DNA from: Plasmodiophora brassicae
Lineage: Eukaryota
NCBI GenBank assembly: GCA_036867785.1
Contig: CP145418.1
Span: 62,001-126,000, forward strand
Direction: 5' to 3'
DNA length: 64,000 nucleotides
The notes below the pieces were generated by a model. That model searched no databases. It was not told where the DNA came from and was given only the letters and a program-made list of their open reading frames with translations. A program made the position numbers and the translations under genes. This document shows positions 1-14,167 of the stretch, piece by piece; the first letter of the stretch is position 1; each line of letters begins with the position of its first letter.

Positions 1-1284
1 CAGGTCAGGAAGGCTGACCGGGAAGCGCTGGGGACATGACGACGGAGGTCTAGAATTCAACGACGCTGGCATTCCCAATGCTTCTTTGCGGATTCGCTGG
101 ATCGCCCGCCCTCCGATCAAACTGACCCGTCCCGCTCGTGACGCTCGATCAGGTGCGATACTGTCGTTGCGGACGTGCCATCTATGGTCAAAAGCTGAGA
201 TCTGTTTAGGCCCAGCATCGATATCTAAACTCTTTTTCGCGTGTATAAACCGGTGTCTAGTCCTGGCGCGCGCGTGTGTGGCCAGGAGACAGGAGGGCAA
301 CCGCCACCGGTGCCGCTACGTCACGCTGCGCAACGATATTTAGAACGCGCAGAATGTCAGTCATCGTCTCATCGACCATCGTCTCCTGAAAGTACCATAA
401 TTAGACATCAGTCCGACTGTCGCTGAACCGCGCAGATCGACGATGACTCGTCGGCGGGTGGTGATTGACTGCTGGGGCCTCACAATCGTGACACGCGGAC
501 AAAGACGACTTCAGGAAGAACGAGCGCGAATCGTTCCAGGGTAGCACAACATGTCGTCGAACGATGACCTGGGATTCCTGGCATGCCTGGCCTTGTGCGC
601 CGGCACGAGTCTGTGCTGTGCCGCTGCCGCCGCGGAAGAGGCCGAGTACCAGGACATGAAGGCGAGGCACAGGACCACAGGTCACTGAGTCGCCAATGTC
701 CTTGCCGTTCTGCAAACTGACATTGGAACGCACGTACAGTGATCCACGCGCCTCCACCTCCACAACGAGTAGTCGTTGTGCATCATCAACCCCCACCACC
801 ACCACCAATGCAAACGGTATATGTCAACGGGGGTTACACGACGACAACGACGATGTACCAACAACAGCATCCACCGCCATACTACTGAATGATGACCAGG
901 GTACAATAAACGGAAGCGTCCGCGTTGTACTCTAGCTCTTCGGGATCTGCACGTGCTGTCGTCCTAGTTGTGTACTGCACGGCCCATGGGCCCACATCGA
1001 AGCCGCATCAAGCCGGATGTTGGCTGGCATGACCTGGTTCTTCACCATCGACGTGCATAAGGAGTTCGGAGATCTGCTCCTGGCCGGCGACGGTGCGTAC
1101 AGACCTATTTACTAGAAGCATCCAGGACACGACCCACTCTGCATTGCAATTCAAGGCGCGGATTGCGAAGGTCTTCTACCAACTACTCTATGCTACAACA
1201 TGAAGGGATTTTGAACCCGTCTCATGTTAGCAGTGAAGTCCGTGGTGTTGGCGGCGGACTCCGTGGCGGACTCCGTAGTTGGCC

Positions 1285-4200
1285 ATGCCGGGCCCTGCTG
1301 CTGCTTCCAACAACCACGCCGTCGTCTACCAGCGGCTCAGCTCTGCCAAGTTCGATGCCCGTAAGGCGGCCATTGCCGAGTTGCTCGATGCCTGCATCGA
1401 TCGGCAGTGCGATGTCGCGTATGCTTTGAAGCGCTTGATTCGTGGACTGTCGTCGTCGGCGCGATCCGCCCGCCAGGGCTTCGCACTGGCTCTGTCTGCC
1501 GTTCTTCAATTGGGGCCGACCATTATCACCGACGACGCCCTGTTGTCTGCTGTCAAACAGCACATGCCACGCCAGGCGCCAAACCAGAACCGCCAGGATC
1601 GCAAAGACATCATTATCGGTACGGAATCGCGTGTTGCACACTGTCATCGAATGGCACGTTCTCATTTCGTGCAGGCCGATGCTTTCTGATTCAGGCGCTC
1701 TGTAAGGGACAGCGTTTGGTGTCGGTTGCTGAGGTACTGCCGGACATCGTCAATGACCTCGTGGCGGTGTCGTCTATTGACTGGGCCGCCGAGCTAGTCC
1801 ATGCGACCCTGGCGGACCTGGCTTCGTCACCATGCTGCCCTGCATCATTGGACAAGTCGGTGATCGCCGCCCTGGCGAAATGGTCCACTGCGAACGGGTA
1901 CCTTGTGGCCAGCGCCACGTGTAACAAGAACGAGAACCATCCGGACCTTCCTGCCGTCCTGGGCGACCTGCGCCGGTACCTACCGCACCGTCACTCGGCC
2001 ATACGCACCTTGATACGTGCCCGCACCCGGTTCCCAATCGCGACCCTGTGCGCCAGCTCCGAACTGAAGGACAAGTTCCTGGGCGTTACGCTGCTGGAGG
2101 CCTGTATCGATGCCGGCTATGACAATGGCGGCCTGAGCGACACGCTCACCGGCGATGTCGTCGACGTTCTCGCGCACAGCGCCTCGAATCGCAAGGCTGC
2201 TCTGCACGATGTCGCCCAGCGTGTCCTGAGCAGTCTCAAAACGAACATCACGTCGTCGTCGATGGCCTACGAAGTCATCTCGTTGCTTACCGCGTCGTTT
2301 GACTCGCGGTCTCGATCGGGAACCTGTTCGGCGCTGGCCGCCCGTCTGGACGTTGCCGACTACAAGCGGTACGTCGACTCGTTGGTGGCAGCCGGCGCCA
2401 TCGAATCGATCTACGCGACCGTGCGGCAACCGTCGATCCAGGATGATTGCCTCGAGTACGCGATCGAGACACTGCTGACCTTGCAGGACAACGACGACCG
2501 AGTGGCGCATCAGCGCCTGCTGACGACCCTTCAGCACCTGCCCATCGACCTGGATCGGCACCATCGTATCGCCATGCGCATTGCCCGTTCGAACCAGGCG
2601 CTGACGAAGCTCGTCGAGGCTGGGCGCCTCTGCCAGGGGCGTGGCACGGTGCAGGCGGGTCAGGCCCTGGCTCGACTGGCGTACGCCATCGGCATTCACG
2701 CTGGTGCCGACATCGACAGCGTAGTCAGCGACCTGATCACGACCTGCGAGCGTTATGCTGCTGACGATCACGTCGATGACGACAAATTCATCAGCGTCCT
2801 GGTCGATATCCTCATTGCGATCAGCGCCACACCGTCCGCGTTCCTGCACAAAGCGGTTCTGGGCGTCGCACGCGCCTTCGCGAGCCAGATCTGCGCCCAG
2901 AAACAGCACCTGGCTGACATTGTCAGTGCGATCGCGCCCAACCCGGACACGGACCAGGATGTCGACGTCGACGATGATGACGACATGAGCGAAGATGACG
3001 ACGCTGACGAAGATGATGCGGATGATGATGATGACGACGATGACGACGACGACGACGACGAACCGAAGCAGATGTCCGACGATGGCAGCGATGGTGATGA
3101 AGATGGCGACAGCGACAATGGTGAGGACGAAGAGGGCGCAGACTCTGATGAGGACAAGTACGAGTCGGCGCTGGCGTCGTATGTGCGGGCGCGTTGTGAT
3201 GCGAAACGCGCCGCGTCGGCCGCCGTCACGGCTGCGATGCACTTCCGCTGCCGCCTGATCGACCTGCTGGAGCAGGTCGTGCGCGTCTGCTCCCGATCCC
3301 CGGTTCTAGTATCGTTGATCGGCGACCTGCACGCGTACCTGCGCACCTTCCAGGCGCGTGGTCCTGGGGCGGCCCCCGTCGTTAGCCACCTGGCGTCGCT
3401 GCTGACGAAACGTATCTGTGCGGCCCGACCGCTCGGTCTGGCAGAGGACGCCGCGCATGACCTGGTGACGGGTGCGATCCGGCGTGCCGGTTCGGCGCGC
3501 GATGCGCTGTCGTTGGCGTGTGCGCGTGCGGAGCTTCAGCACGCACTGCGCGCCTGCCGCACCGCCTGCGCGACGCACCCGGGCTGCTGGGCTGCGGACC
3601 GTGTCGCCGAGTTCCTGCAGGCCTACATCCACCGCCAGCATCGCAACATCAACGCCAAGTTCTTCATCGACCTCATCGAGCGGCATGCGGACCTGGCCGC
3701 ACCGCTCCTGCGCTGCCTGGCTGCGGCCGCGCCGACGGCCGTTAACGATTTCCTACAGGCGCAGTGCGGCGCCCTGCTCGGCGTCCTGCTGCGCAAGCAC
3801 GGGAAGGATGCGGCTGTGCGACAGGTCCTGCACGACGATGCCGACCTGGTTCGAGGCGTTCTCCTCCAGGCGTTGCAGACGACGTCCGCCAAGGCGCAGC
3901 GCGTTCGCATGGCGTTCGACACGGCCTTCTCCATCCTGAAGACGATCGATGAAGGCGACCGACCGGTGTACCTGTCCAGTGAGGTGCGCCAGGCGGTCCA
4001 GAGCGTCCAGGAGCGACACCCGCAGGTCTACCGGCGCATGCGCATGTCGTTCCAAGCGCTGGCCGACATGATGGACAAGACGCCGATCGCATTCGAATCG
4101 ACACCGCCCACGAAGAAGAAGAAGAAAAAGAGCAAGCAGTCGGCCCAGGTTGCCGACGCCACTGACACAGCGACAGATTCGGCAAACGGCGGCGGCCCGG

Positions 4201-4682
4201 CTGCTGTCGAGGCAGTCGACCCTGACCGGAAAGACGAGAAACCGGCGAAGAAGAAGAAGAACAGGAAGTCGCCCAACGGAGCTGGTGCTGCTGACACAAA
4301 GGAAGTGGGACGGGACCCGGCGACCGTCGACCCGATCCAAGTGGACCAGGGGGACGGCACGTCGGCGTCCAAGAAGAGTCGTCGGAAGAAGGCAAGCAAG
4401 GCGGCGGACGCCTTGCTGGCGCACGACGACGGTAACGGCACTACGACCGTCGGTGAACCGATGGGAAACGCACCCGCTGGCGTTGACAAGGACATCGAGG
4501 GCGGGCGTGGTCGAACCGATGCTATGGCGGTCCAAGCTCATGACCAGGGCAACAAGAAACGTTCGAAGAAGAAGAACAAGATATCGTCGCAGACTTCGGC
4601 GGACGGTGCCGATGCCAAGGTATCGGCCGACGGTGACGAAACCGTCGCAGCAGCGTCGGCGACAAAGAAACGGCGCCGGTAA
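1285..4682 (+). CDS. MYBBP1A: Myb-binding protein 1A / DNA polymerase phi (Pol5)-like nucleolar protein; one intron 1619-1674
   Basis: Exon 1 has the family signature YALKRLIRGLSSSARSARQGFALAL. A GT-AG intron joins it in frame to the long ORF, which has an acidic D/E tract (~2960-3150), HFRCRLIDLLE and a Lys-rich NLS/NoLS-like tail. Confidence 0.85.
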
Positions 4683-5409
4683 AAGTCGCAGCAAGCATGA
4701 CTCAGTGAAGCCTGCGTCGTATCTTTGGTCCATTCGTGTCTGCGTTCGACAGCTCGCGGGAGTAACTCGCAATCCCTAATTACTTGGCCGACGTTACTGG
4801 TAGGCCGCAACGCTGGTCGACGCTGGGCGCCAAACGTCCACGGGGCAGGCCCTTTGTGACGCTGTGCACGGCGCTTGCCATCGTCTCATTCGGTCTGCTT
4901 TGAAAGAGGACGTAGACGAACCTGCGAACGTCACCTGGTGGTCGCTGACGTGCCGCGACATTCGCCATCACCCCTCTGTGCCCATCTGTGCTGGGAGAAG
5001 ACGTATAGACCGCAGTGAACGCTTGCAAACGTCCTGCACGAATTCGTTTGTACGTGATCTGCTTTGGCGACGCCTGAGCTTTCGGGAATGTTTAAGTTGT
5101 GCAGCGTATCCTCAATATCAGCCAATGTCTTCGCTGCTCTTGCCCGGAGCGCAGCGGCCACGATTGTACCAGGGAACTTTTCGACGAGGTGACCCCAGGA
5201 CGCGCCTTCTTTCCCCGTTTGACGCGGCTGCAGCGTCGTCACCTAGAACATTCACTTGGGACTAAACCGACATGTTCCTCTGCGCATACTTCAACACCCT
5301 ACCAGCGATCGGGGCTGGAACGGGTCGACGGCAGGTACCCTGTTGAATAGTAGTATTATAGTGGTGCCCGCTGTAGTAATTGGCATTCCAGCACCCCCTG
5401 CCGTCGCCA

Positions 5410-6533
5410 ATGAGGCCTGAGGCTGGCGATGACATCGACGATCTCAGGCGCCTGGTGACGCAGGCGTACAGGGCGAGCGACGGCGGCGAACAGGTTGCCG
5501 GCACTGGCGATCCGGTCAAAGAGCGGCGCCGTTCCCGGTCGTCGATCGTCCGCCAATGGGTGGCCGTCGTTCGACGGCTCATCGGGTGCCTGCCGTCATC
5601 GCCAGTCTACGAACGCGACGCGTCCCCGTCGCAGCAGGTGCGTGCGCGCCCTGCATCCGCTGGCCCGGACGCGCATCTCATGTTCACGCGCCGGCACGCA
5701 GGCGCCCATAGCACTGGGCATCTTGCCGCCACCCGATAGTCGCCGGGCTCGCCGCACCCTGATCCTGGACCTGGACGAGACCCTGATACACAGCTCGTTC
5801 GTCCCGATACCCAAGTACGACCTGCTCGTTCCGATCACGATGGCGCACCGGAGCAGGTATGGGGTCGTGGCGCACGGGCCGTCGTCGTGATTGGGTGCTG
5901 ATGCGCGCGCGCCCACCTGTAGGCTGGTCTACGTCCAGAAGCGCCCGCACGTCGACGAGTTCCTCCGACGGGTCCACGACCTGTTCGAGGTCGTCGTCTT
6001 CACCGCCAGCCTGTCGCTGGTGAGCCTCTGCGCCCGCCGACGCCGATCGTCGCTGACCGGCGGGCGCGTGTCCCTCTGTAGTACGCGGACCCGGTCCTGG
6101 ACGTGCTGGACCCGGCGAACACGTCGTCGTACCGCCTGTACCGGGAGCATTGCGTCCAGGTCGACGGGCAGTACATCAAGGACCTGTCCGTGCTGGGACG
6201 CGACCTGCACCGAACCATCATCGTCGACAACAGCCCGCACTCGTACTCCCGGCAGCCCTACAACGCCGTCCCGGTGGCGTCCTGGTTCGGCGACGACGAC
6301 CAGGACCGGTCGCTGATCGACACGGTAGCGCAGACGCCCCCCTCCCCCCAACATGACGATGGCTGAGTGCACCTACATAGGTCCTGCCCCGGCTGGAGGA
6401 CATCGCCATGCACCCCGGCAGCGTCTACGACGTCCTGCACGGGAAGAAGCCGCCCCCGCGCCTGGCCATGGCCACGAGCGCTCGCACGGCGGCAGCGACA
6501 GGGCAGGGCGAACCAGCGGGCGACGCCTTATAG
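5410..6533 (+). CDS. FCP1/NIF-family CTD small phosphatase (CTDSP/Psr1-like HAD phosphatase), multi-exon
   Basis: Spliced exons give [14 protein letters not shown] (DxDxT motif), [50 protein letters not shown]; stop TAG at 6531-6533. Confidence 0.9.
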
Positions 6534-6716
6534 ACGTGTAGTAGAATGAATGCATACATTACGTATCTACACACGTGCAAACGTACATCAGCGATGCACG
6601 GGGGGCCTCTGGGCGAGCAATGGCCGATGCTATCGGGGCACCTCTGCCTGCTAGAGATACAGGGTACGGTCGTACATTTATCGCTTGGGTGCCGTCGGTC
6701 GCCCCGCCTGCCTGCC

Positions 6717-9700
6717 ATGGACCTCGGCAGGCCCAAGGGCGTCGGCCTGAACGACCTCGTCCTGCTGGGCAACGCCACCGACGCGTCCGTCACCGGCAAC
6801 CTCCAGCAGCGATACATGGAGGACTATATCTATGTACGGCAGCGGCCGTCGCCTGCTGATCGTGCCCAGCGTCGCTCTGACTGCCGCCCCCTGACCAGAC
6901 CAACATCGGCCCCGTGCTGATCGCCGTCAACCCGTTCAAACAGATACCCGGCATCTACACCGACGCCGTCATTCGCAAGTATAAAGGTACGATGGGCCCA
7001 GGCGCCCGGTGCACGGCGCGCGCGCTGAGCACCGCACCGCCCGCACACGAACGCAGGTCGCAACACGTTCGAGCTCGTGCCGCACGTGTACGCCCTGGCC
7101 GACCAGGCCCTGCGCAACCTGACGTCGTTCCGCGAGAACCAGTGCATCATCATCACGGGCGAGAGCGGGTCAGGCAAGACCGAGGTAAGCACGACGCGCC
7201 TGCTTCCGTGCGGTCGCCGGAGTCCCTCCTGAACGCTGCGCCCGCACAGACCTCCAAGATCGTCATGCAGTACATCGCGGCCTGCACCGGGCGCAGCGCC
7301 GACGTCCAGCGCGTCAAGGAGCGCATGCTGGCGTCGAACCCGGTCCTGGAGGCGTTCGGCAACGCCAAGGTGGGGCCGGCGGTGTGCACAGCGGCACGCC
7401 GGCGACTTACTGATGACGCGCCGGGCGCAGACGCTTCGGAACGACAACTCGAGCCGGTTCGGCAAGTACATGCGGATCGAGTTCAACGGGCGCGGCGACC
7501 CGGTCGGCGGGTCCATCTCGTCGTACCTGCTGGAGAAGATCCGGGTCGTGGACCCGCACGCCGGCGAGCGTAACTTCCACATCTTCTACCAGGTCTGCGC
7601 CGGCCTGCACGGCAACGACAGGCAGAAGTACCAGGTGTACGGGCCCGATCAGTACCAGTGTAGGTGGCGCGGGCGATCCCCCTCCCCCTCCCCCGCCCCC
7701 CGCGCGCGCTCACCGCTCATCGTCGCAGACCTGTCGTCGTCCAAGTGCTACACGATTCCGGGGACGGACGACGTGAAATCGTTCCAGGCAACGATGAACG
7801 GGCTGCAGGCGCTCGGGGCGACGACAACGCAGATGCAGTCGATCCTGTCGGTGCTGTCGGCGATCCTCTGGCTGGGCAACGTGACGTTCGCCGAGGACCA
7901 CCAGGAGAAGTCCAGCGTCCACGACTGGGACACGCTCGACCTGGTCGCCAGCCTCCTGCAGGTCGACACGACCGAGCTGGCGTCGGCCATGACGACGCGG
8001 ACGATCGAGATGGGGCAGGGCACGCGCGCCGAGGTCTACACGAAGCCGCTGACGGCCAGCGACGCGTACATCACGCGCGACACGCTGGCCAAGGCGCTGT
8101 ACGCCCGCCTGTTCGCCTTCGTCGTCCGCCTGGTGAACACGTCGCTGGCGCTGGACGGCGAGGCGTCCGACGCCGCTGACCCGTCGTCGCTGATCCACAT
8201 CGGCCTGCTGGACATCTACGGGTTCGAGATCTTCAAGGCGAACTCGTTCGAGCAGCTGTGCATCAACTTTGTCAACGAGCGCCTGCAGCAGGTCTTCATC
8301 GAGCAGACGCTGCGCGCCGAGCAGGACGAGTACAGGCAGGAGGGCATCCCGTGGCAGGACGTCCAGTACTACAACAACAAGCCCTGCTGCGACCTGATCG
8401 AGGCCAAGCCCGGCGTCTTCTCCATCCTCGACGACGCCTGCAACACCAGCAAGGGCGACGCCGGCTTCCTGTCCGACCTGACGTCCTTCTTCGGCGGCAA
8501 CGCGTTCCTGCGCGGCGGCACCGGGCACAGCTTCGTCATCGCCCACTACGCCGGCGACGTCCAGTACGCCATCCAGGGGTTCACCCTCAAGAACAAGGAC
8601 ACGCTGTTCGACGACCTGATCCAGTGCCTGCAACGGTAACGGGGGGCGTCGTCGTCGCCATTCGCCGTCTGACGCGCTGTGCGTGTGTGTGTGACAGGAG
8701 CACGGCGCCGTTCGTCGTGGATCACGGCTGGGACCAGATCGAGGTGCAACGCGGGCAGAAGAAGAAACCGCCGACCGTCGGAATGTACGACGCGTGCTCT
8801 GAACGCGGCCTCTGCTGACGCGCGCGTACCCCCTCCCCTCGGCAGGCTGTTCAAGGGGCAGGTCACCGAGCTGATGGGCGAGCTGGCGACCTGCACGCCC
8901 CATTACTGCCGGTGCATCAAGCCGAACGAGACGAAACGGGCGCGCGACTTCGACGTGCAGTACACGCAGAACCAGGTCCAGGTAATGACGGTCGAGGGCC
9001 CAGGTCGTTGGCCCGCAACCGAATAACGGGGCCGACGCCGGCGCGACCGCATAGTACCTGGGCCTCGTGGAGAACATTCGCGTCCGCCAGGCGGGTTACT
9101 CCCAGAAGTTCCCCTACGACAGGTTCGTGGCGCGATACGGTCAGCAGACGTGCATTGCCGGGTCGCATCGGGCGGGCAGCTGAACGACCGGGTTGCACAG
9201 CAATCTGCTGCCCGGCGGTCTGGAACGCGAGGAGCAACGGGTCGCTGTCGAACCCGGGTCGGGCGACGGCCGCCATCCTCCAGCAGCTGCAGTGGACGAA
9301 CGGTACGTGGCGACGTGCATTGGGTCGGGCGACGCGCCGTCATTGTGAACCCCCCGGGGGGCGCGCAGGGGAGCACTTCGCGATGGGGCGCACCAAGGTG
9401 TTCATTCGCCATGCGGAATCGGTGTTCGCCCTCGAGACCTACCGGGAGCAGGTGCTGAACCGCTCCGCCCTGACCATCCAGCGCGCCTTCAAGCGGTTCG
9501 CCAACCAGCGCGTCGCCCTGCAGAACGCCTGGGATTGCTACAAGGTAGGCGCGGGCGCGTCAGGCGACGCGCGCGCCCACACCGGCCGGCCGTTCACCGG
9601 GTGCTGGGGCAGGCGTTCGAACAGCGCAAGGAGCGTCGCCCGGCGTCGGTCGGGCGGTACCACAAGGGCGACTACATCAACCTGTGCCTGTACAAGGAGA

Positions 9701-12503
9701 TCACGGCGCAGTTCAACGGCGACCGGATCCTGTTCGCCGACCGCATCCTCGACGTCATGCTCAAAGGTAAGAAGGGTCATGACACACCCTCCCCCCACCC
9801 AGTTCGGCTGACCTCGCCCGGCGCGAAGGCAAACGCGGCATGCTGAGACAGCTGATCAAGAAGGTCATGCACCGGAGCCAGGCGCGCCGGTTCCTGTCGT
9901 CCAAGTTTGTGGCGCTGACAGCGTCCTCCCTGGTAGGGCAGCGCATGCTGAGGTGCCGGCGTCGGCAACGGCAACCGTATCGTAACCGGGTCGGTGTGCG
10001 TTCAGTTCTGCATGTCGATGACGCCGGGCGACGACGTGACGGGGACGCCGCCGCGCATGGTCATGGAGTGGCGCCTGTCGCTGCAGTCGATCTCGAGCAT
10101 CGCCATGAGCCCGTACGCCGACAACGTCTACGTCATCGAGTCGCATTCGGCGATCCCCGTCGTGCAAAGGTCGGCCCCAGCGCGCGTGCCGCATCGTTGC
10201 CTGTGTGCGACCGCCAGGGCACCGACGATCCCCTCTCCCGTAGTTGCAGGCGCAAGACGGAGCTGATTGGCCTGATGGTACGCCAGATCAAGCAGTCGTA
10301 CCGGCAGCAGGTGCCGCTCCACATCGCGCCGGCCTGGCCGCTCACCGTCACCTACAAGGGGCACGTGTCGCGGATCGAGGTGCGCTTCCAGCAACGGCCG
10401 GACGGCGACGTCGAGGAGACCATCCAGGTCGACAATGGCAACATCGTGGTCCGCGTCGGCCATGGCATCCCCGGCGCCATGTTCCAGGCGCCGTTCCAAC
10501 CGAGGGTAACCTGGGCGTGTCGCCCCCCTCGTTTCCGGGTGGTGATCGACCGGCTCACCCTCTCCCCCGTAGGAGATCGACAGGACGGTGCAGGTGCGCG
10601 ACGTGCTCGAGGCCATCTACGAGTACAACGGCAACGGGGTCGACGAGCTCAGCATCCAGATCGGCGATCAGCTGTACCTGTTGCTGGACGACGGCGACGG
10701 GTGGTACCGGGCGGAGCTCAAGAACGGGCAGAAGGGGTACATCCCGGCCTCGTACGTCAAGCGCGTGCCCCGGGGTGCCAAAGCGTCGCCACCGCCGCCG
10801 CAGGACCATCGTCCCGCGCCGAAGGCGGGCCCCAGCAAACATGCAATGGCGAGCATCATGTCGGATACGGACGGGGAGGCGGCCGACCCACGGCCGTACG
10901 TCGGCGGCGGCGCCGGGAAGGACGAGAACCCGAACGCGCAGGCCATGCAACGGTTGGCGTCCGCGATGAAGTCGCCGACAGGGGGACCCGGGCCCAGTGC
11001 CGGCGCCCGAACCCAGACGTGGCGCGCTCAGCACGGGCAGCAGCAGCAGCAGGAACAGGTCGGCCGGGTGCAGGACGACGACTACGCGGATCCGACACCA
11101 GGGCCACCAGCGTCCAGGCCGACAGCGACGACCGGCCGGCCGGCAGCGTCACACCAGCCTGATCAGCAGCAGCAGAGCCCACAGAGGCAATCGTCGCGGT
11201 ACCCCGTTCATGAGCCGGCCGGCGCGGGTCGTCCTGGCGGGCAAAGGCGCCCCCAGCAACAGACGGCGGACGCCAACGGGGATGCCCAGCCCCGGCTGAC
11301 GGTCAGGACGACGGTTCTGCCGAAGAAGGCGGCGGGCGGCGGCGGTGGCGGCCCTGCAACATTGCCGGCCAACGTCGTACAGGAGTCGTGGCCGGCTGAC
11401 GACGTGCCGGATTCCCCAGCTGATTACGAGCCGCCACGGGCGCCTCTGCCGCCGCCATCGGCCGGTCCAAGAGCGCGGGCGGGACCGACAGGTACGGCTG
11501 CCAGGCAGAACCCTGCCAAAGGTCCTAGTACGAGAACGTTGCACGAGGCGGATGACCCGCCGTCTGCGTCTGAGCCCGCGGCTAAGTCGCCGCCCAGAGG
11601 AGGGGGCACGAAGCGGATCAAGGGCAGCGGCGCTGAGATCAACCCGGACGAATGGGACGACGTGCCCGCCCCGTCGCAGGCGGGGGTGAAGGGCCGCGGG
11701 CGACCACCGCCGACGACGAGAAGCCCAGCTGGGAGCCGAGCCGATACGACGCCGGCGCCCGCTGCCGTTCAATCGAGAAGGATGGCACCCGATAGGCAGG
11801 CCTCGTCGAAGCAGCCGGCAGCGCCGCCCGACGAGTGGAACGAGACGGGGGCGTCCGAACCCGTGCACAGCAGGGCAACGGCCAGGCAGCAGCGGCAGCA
11901 GCAATGGCAGCAACAGAAGCCGCCCCAGGCGCAAACGCATCTGCAGGCAGCGGCCGCGTTCGAAGAGGTTCGAAGGTGGAAGGGGAGGGGCAGGCAGACA
12001 GGGCTGACTCGGTGCGTCCAGGTCGAGTGGAGTGATACGCCCGAGCCGGTGGTCAACCGTGTGTCCTTCATCAAGCCGCGGACGACGGGCGGCGACCCGG
12101 GGCCTCTGCCGAAGACGACGGGCGGTCGTGCCCAGAACCCGATGTTGGCCGACACGGTACGAGTGGCGTCCGGCAAACTGGCGGCGCCGTCTCGCAACGC
12201 GGCCACCGGGTCAACGCGAATCTCCCAGAAGGCGACGTCAGCGGCGACCGCGTCATCCCCGTCGGCGATCGCCGCCGCCAGCGCATCGGCGCCGAGCGGC
12301 GGCAAGCTGGACCAGGCCGGGCAGCCCGACTGGCAACCCTACTTCGACGGTACATGCGAACGAACGGCCGCCCATCGTGCGAACTGACGGGGCTACTCTC
12401 TCTCTGTGTGTATGTGCTGTGCTTCGCAGAGTCATCCAACGCCTACTACTGGTACAATGCACGAACAGGCGAGTCGTCCTGGGACAAGCCGCGCAACGCG
12501 TAA
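6717..12503 (+). CDS. MYO1: Class I myosin: motor, IQ, TH1, SH3, Pro/Gln-rich tail, C-terminal WW domain; many short introns
   Basis: [10 protein letters not shown]-loop, [46 protein letters not shown]1-like [18 protein letters not shown]3 (AIYEY...ELSI...GWY...GYIPASYV). The last spliced exons give [28 protein letters not shown] (WW). Confidence 0.93.
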
Positions 12504-12845
12504 TCGCCGGCGACTCGTCGGATCGTTAAACGATGAGGTACCCCCGAGGCGGCGCGCGTAACAGCAGACGGCGAGGGACGTCACGCGAACGTCTCTGCCG
12601 TACTATACATTCATAACTGTTCCATTATCTCGATACGCACGCCCAGCTCGTCGCAAACTGCCCCACAGACCACTAGGGCCCTGTGGTCAAACAACCCGGT
12701 AGGTGGCCGACTGCTGGACAAGCTGCCGCTAGTCGGCCCATACCATATCCACCTACACGCCAGTGGCACAAGTACTGATAGAGACTCTGTCCGCCACACG
12801 TCGTTGTCAGTGTATGTGTGTGTGTGTGTAACGGAACGGTTGTAT

Positions 12846-14167
12846 TCACGCTCGGCCCAGTGGTGCAGCACGAACTGGTGGTTTCGGCCCGCGTGTCCAC
12901 ACATTGCGGCCCTTGCCTGTGTTCCCTGCTGGCCTGTCCTCCTGCCGCCGCTTGTGCCGAGGACGTCGTCGCCGGTCTCCCCGCACTGGCGGCCGGCGAG
13001 GCGCGCCGCGATCCTGGTCCGGCCCCTGCTCCTCCTCCACGGTCGCGTCGTACCAGGAGGTTCCTGGCGGGATCAGGATCGCGAGCTCGGCAACGATATC
13101 ATCGAATTCCGTGTCACAATCGGGAGCCCAGGCACCGCGTGTCGACGAATGAATACTCTCGCCGGGGCGCTTCTCTTCCCGCTCAGAGCTTGTCGTCGTC
13201 GTCGTCGTCGTCGCCGCTGGCAGCGGGCCCGTCGCTGGGTCGACTCCCGTGGTCACGGCGAGCAGCAAGGCGGCCGGCTCGTGATCAACGTACTGGATTT
13301 GGGGCGACTGGACACGAACGATCGTGCGCGTCACGACACGCCCCAGGTCTTTCGGTACCGTGACGACGAAGGGCGAGCCTGATGTGCGCATCGGGATGTC
13401 GTCCTGCACCGGCGCCTCTTCCTGCTCCGCGCACGTCGTCGTCGTCGCCGCTGCTGGCACCAGGCCCGTCACCGTGTCGACTCCCTTGTTCTCGGCGAGC
13501 AGCAAGGCGGCCGGCTCATGATCAACGTGGTCGATGACGGGCGACCGGACACGAACAATCGTGCGCATCACGACACGCCCCAGGTCTTTCGGCATCGCGA
13601 CGACGAAGGGCGATCCTGCTGTGCGCATCGGGACGTCGTCCTGACCCGGCGCCAAGGGCATGCTCTCGTGTCGATCCGTACAGGCGCGGCTGTCGGGCGG
13701 GCACGAGCGCGAGGACATCGCGTTCGCCGTCGCCTGCGATGCCAGGGCGACGGTCTCGACCTTGCAGGCCTGCGACGACGTCGAATGCACATCGGCAGGA
13801 CCGGAGGGTGTGGCGTCTGGAACGCATTGACCAGGTCGTCAGCGTCGACTGGATGCTAACGGCGTTGGGGTTGCGACGTACCGTCGGGGTAGAACGGGCG
13901 AAACGCGTCTGCGTTCGCGCGCGACCACGTCTGCTTCGCCATCTGCAACGTGCGTGTCAGGCGTCGCTGTGGTCCGATCCCGAGGCTGGCAGCGCGAACC
14001 TTATACAGGCGGAGCAGGACGGGCGCCCTCATCCCTGCAATGATACGGGCGCCTGCGTCGGCGACGCTGGACGCAGCTGGGCACGTCGTCGTCGAGGCCA
14101 GGACGCGGCCGGCGACGTCGACGACGCAGCGCCTGACCTTCGATGCGAACACCTGCAACTTTGGCAT
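12846..14167 (-). CDS. Hypothetical repeat protein, left palindrome copy (2 internal repeats); intron 13817-13881
   Basis: Mirror image of the right-arm gene: ATG MPKLQVF..., GT-AG intron, then an open frame with QDDxPMRTxGSPxVVxxPKDLGxVVxRTIVR repeats. Confidence 0.6.

Noticed and set aside
1-1200. Short ORFs and a possible exon fragment (VLHGPWAHIEAASSRMLAGMTWFFTIDVHKEFGDLL) at the window start
   Set aside because: No recognisable domain or consistent exon chain.
4780-5350. Possible small minus-strand gene between MYBBP1A and the phosphatase
   Set aside because: ORFs of 80-130 aa with no motif, and I could not build a convincing spliced model.
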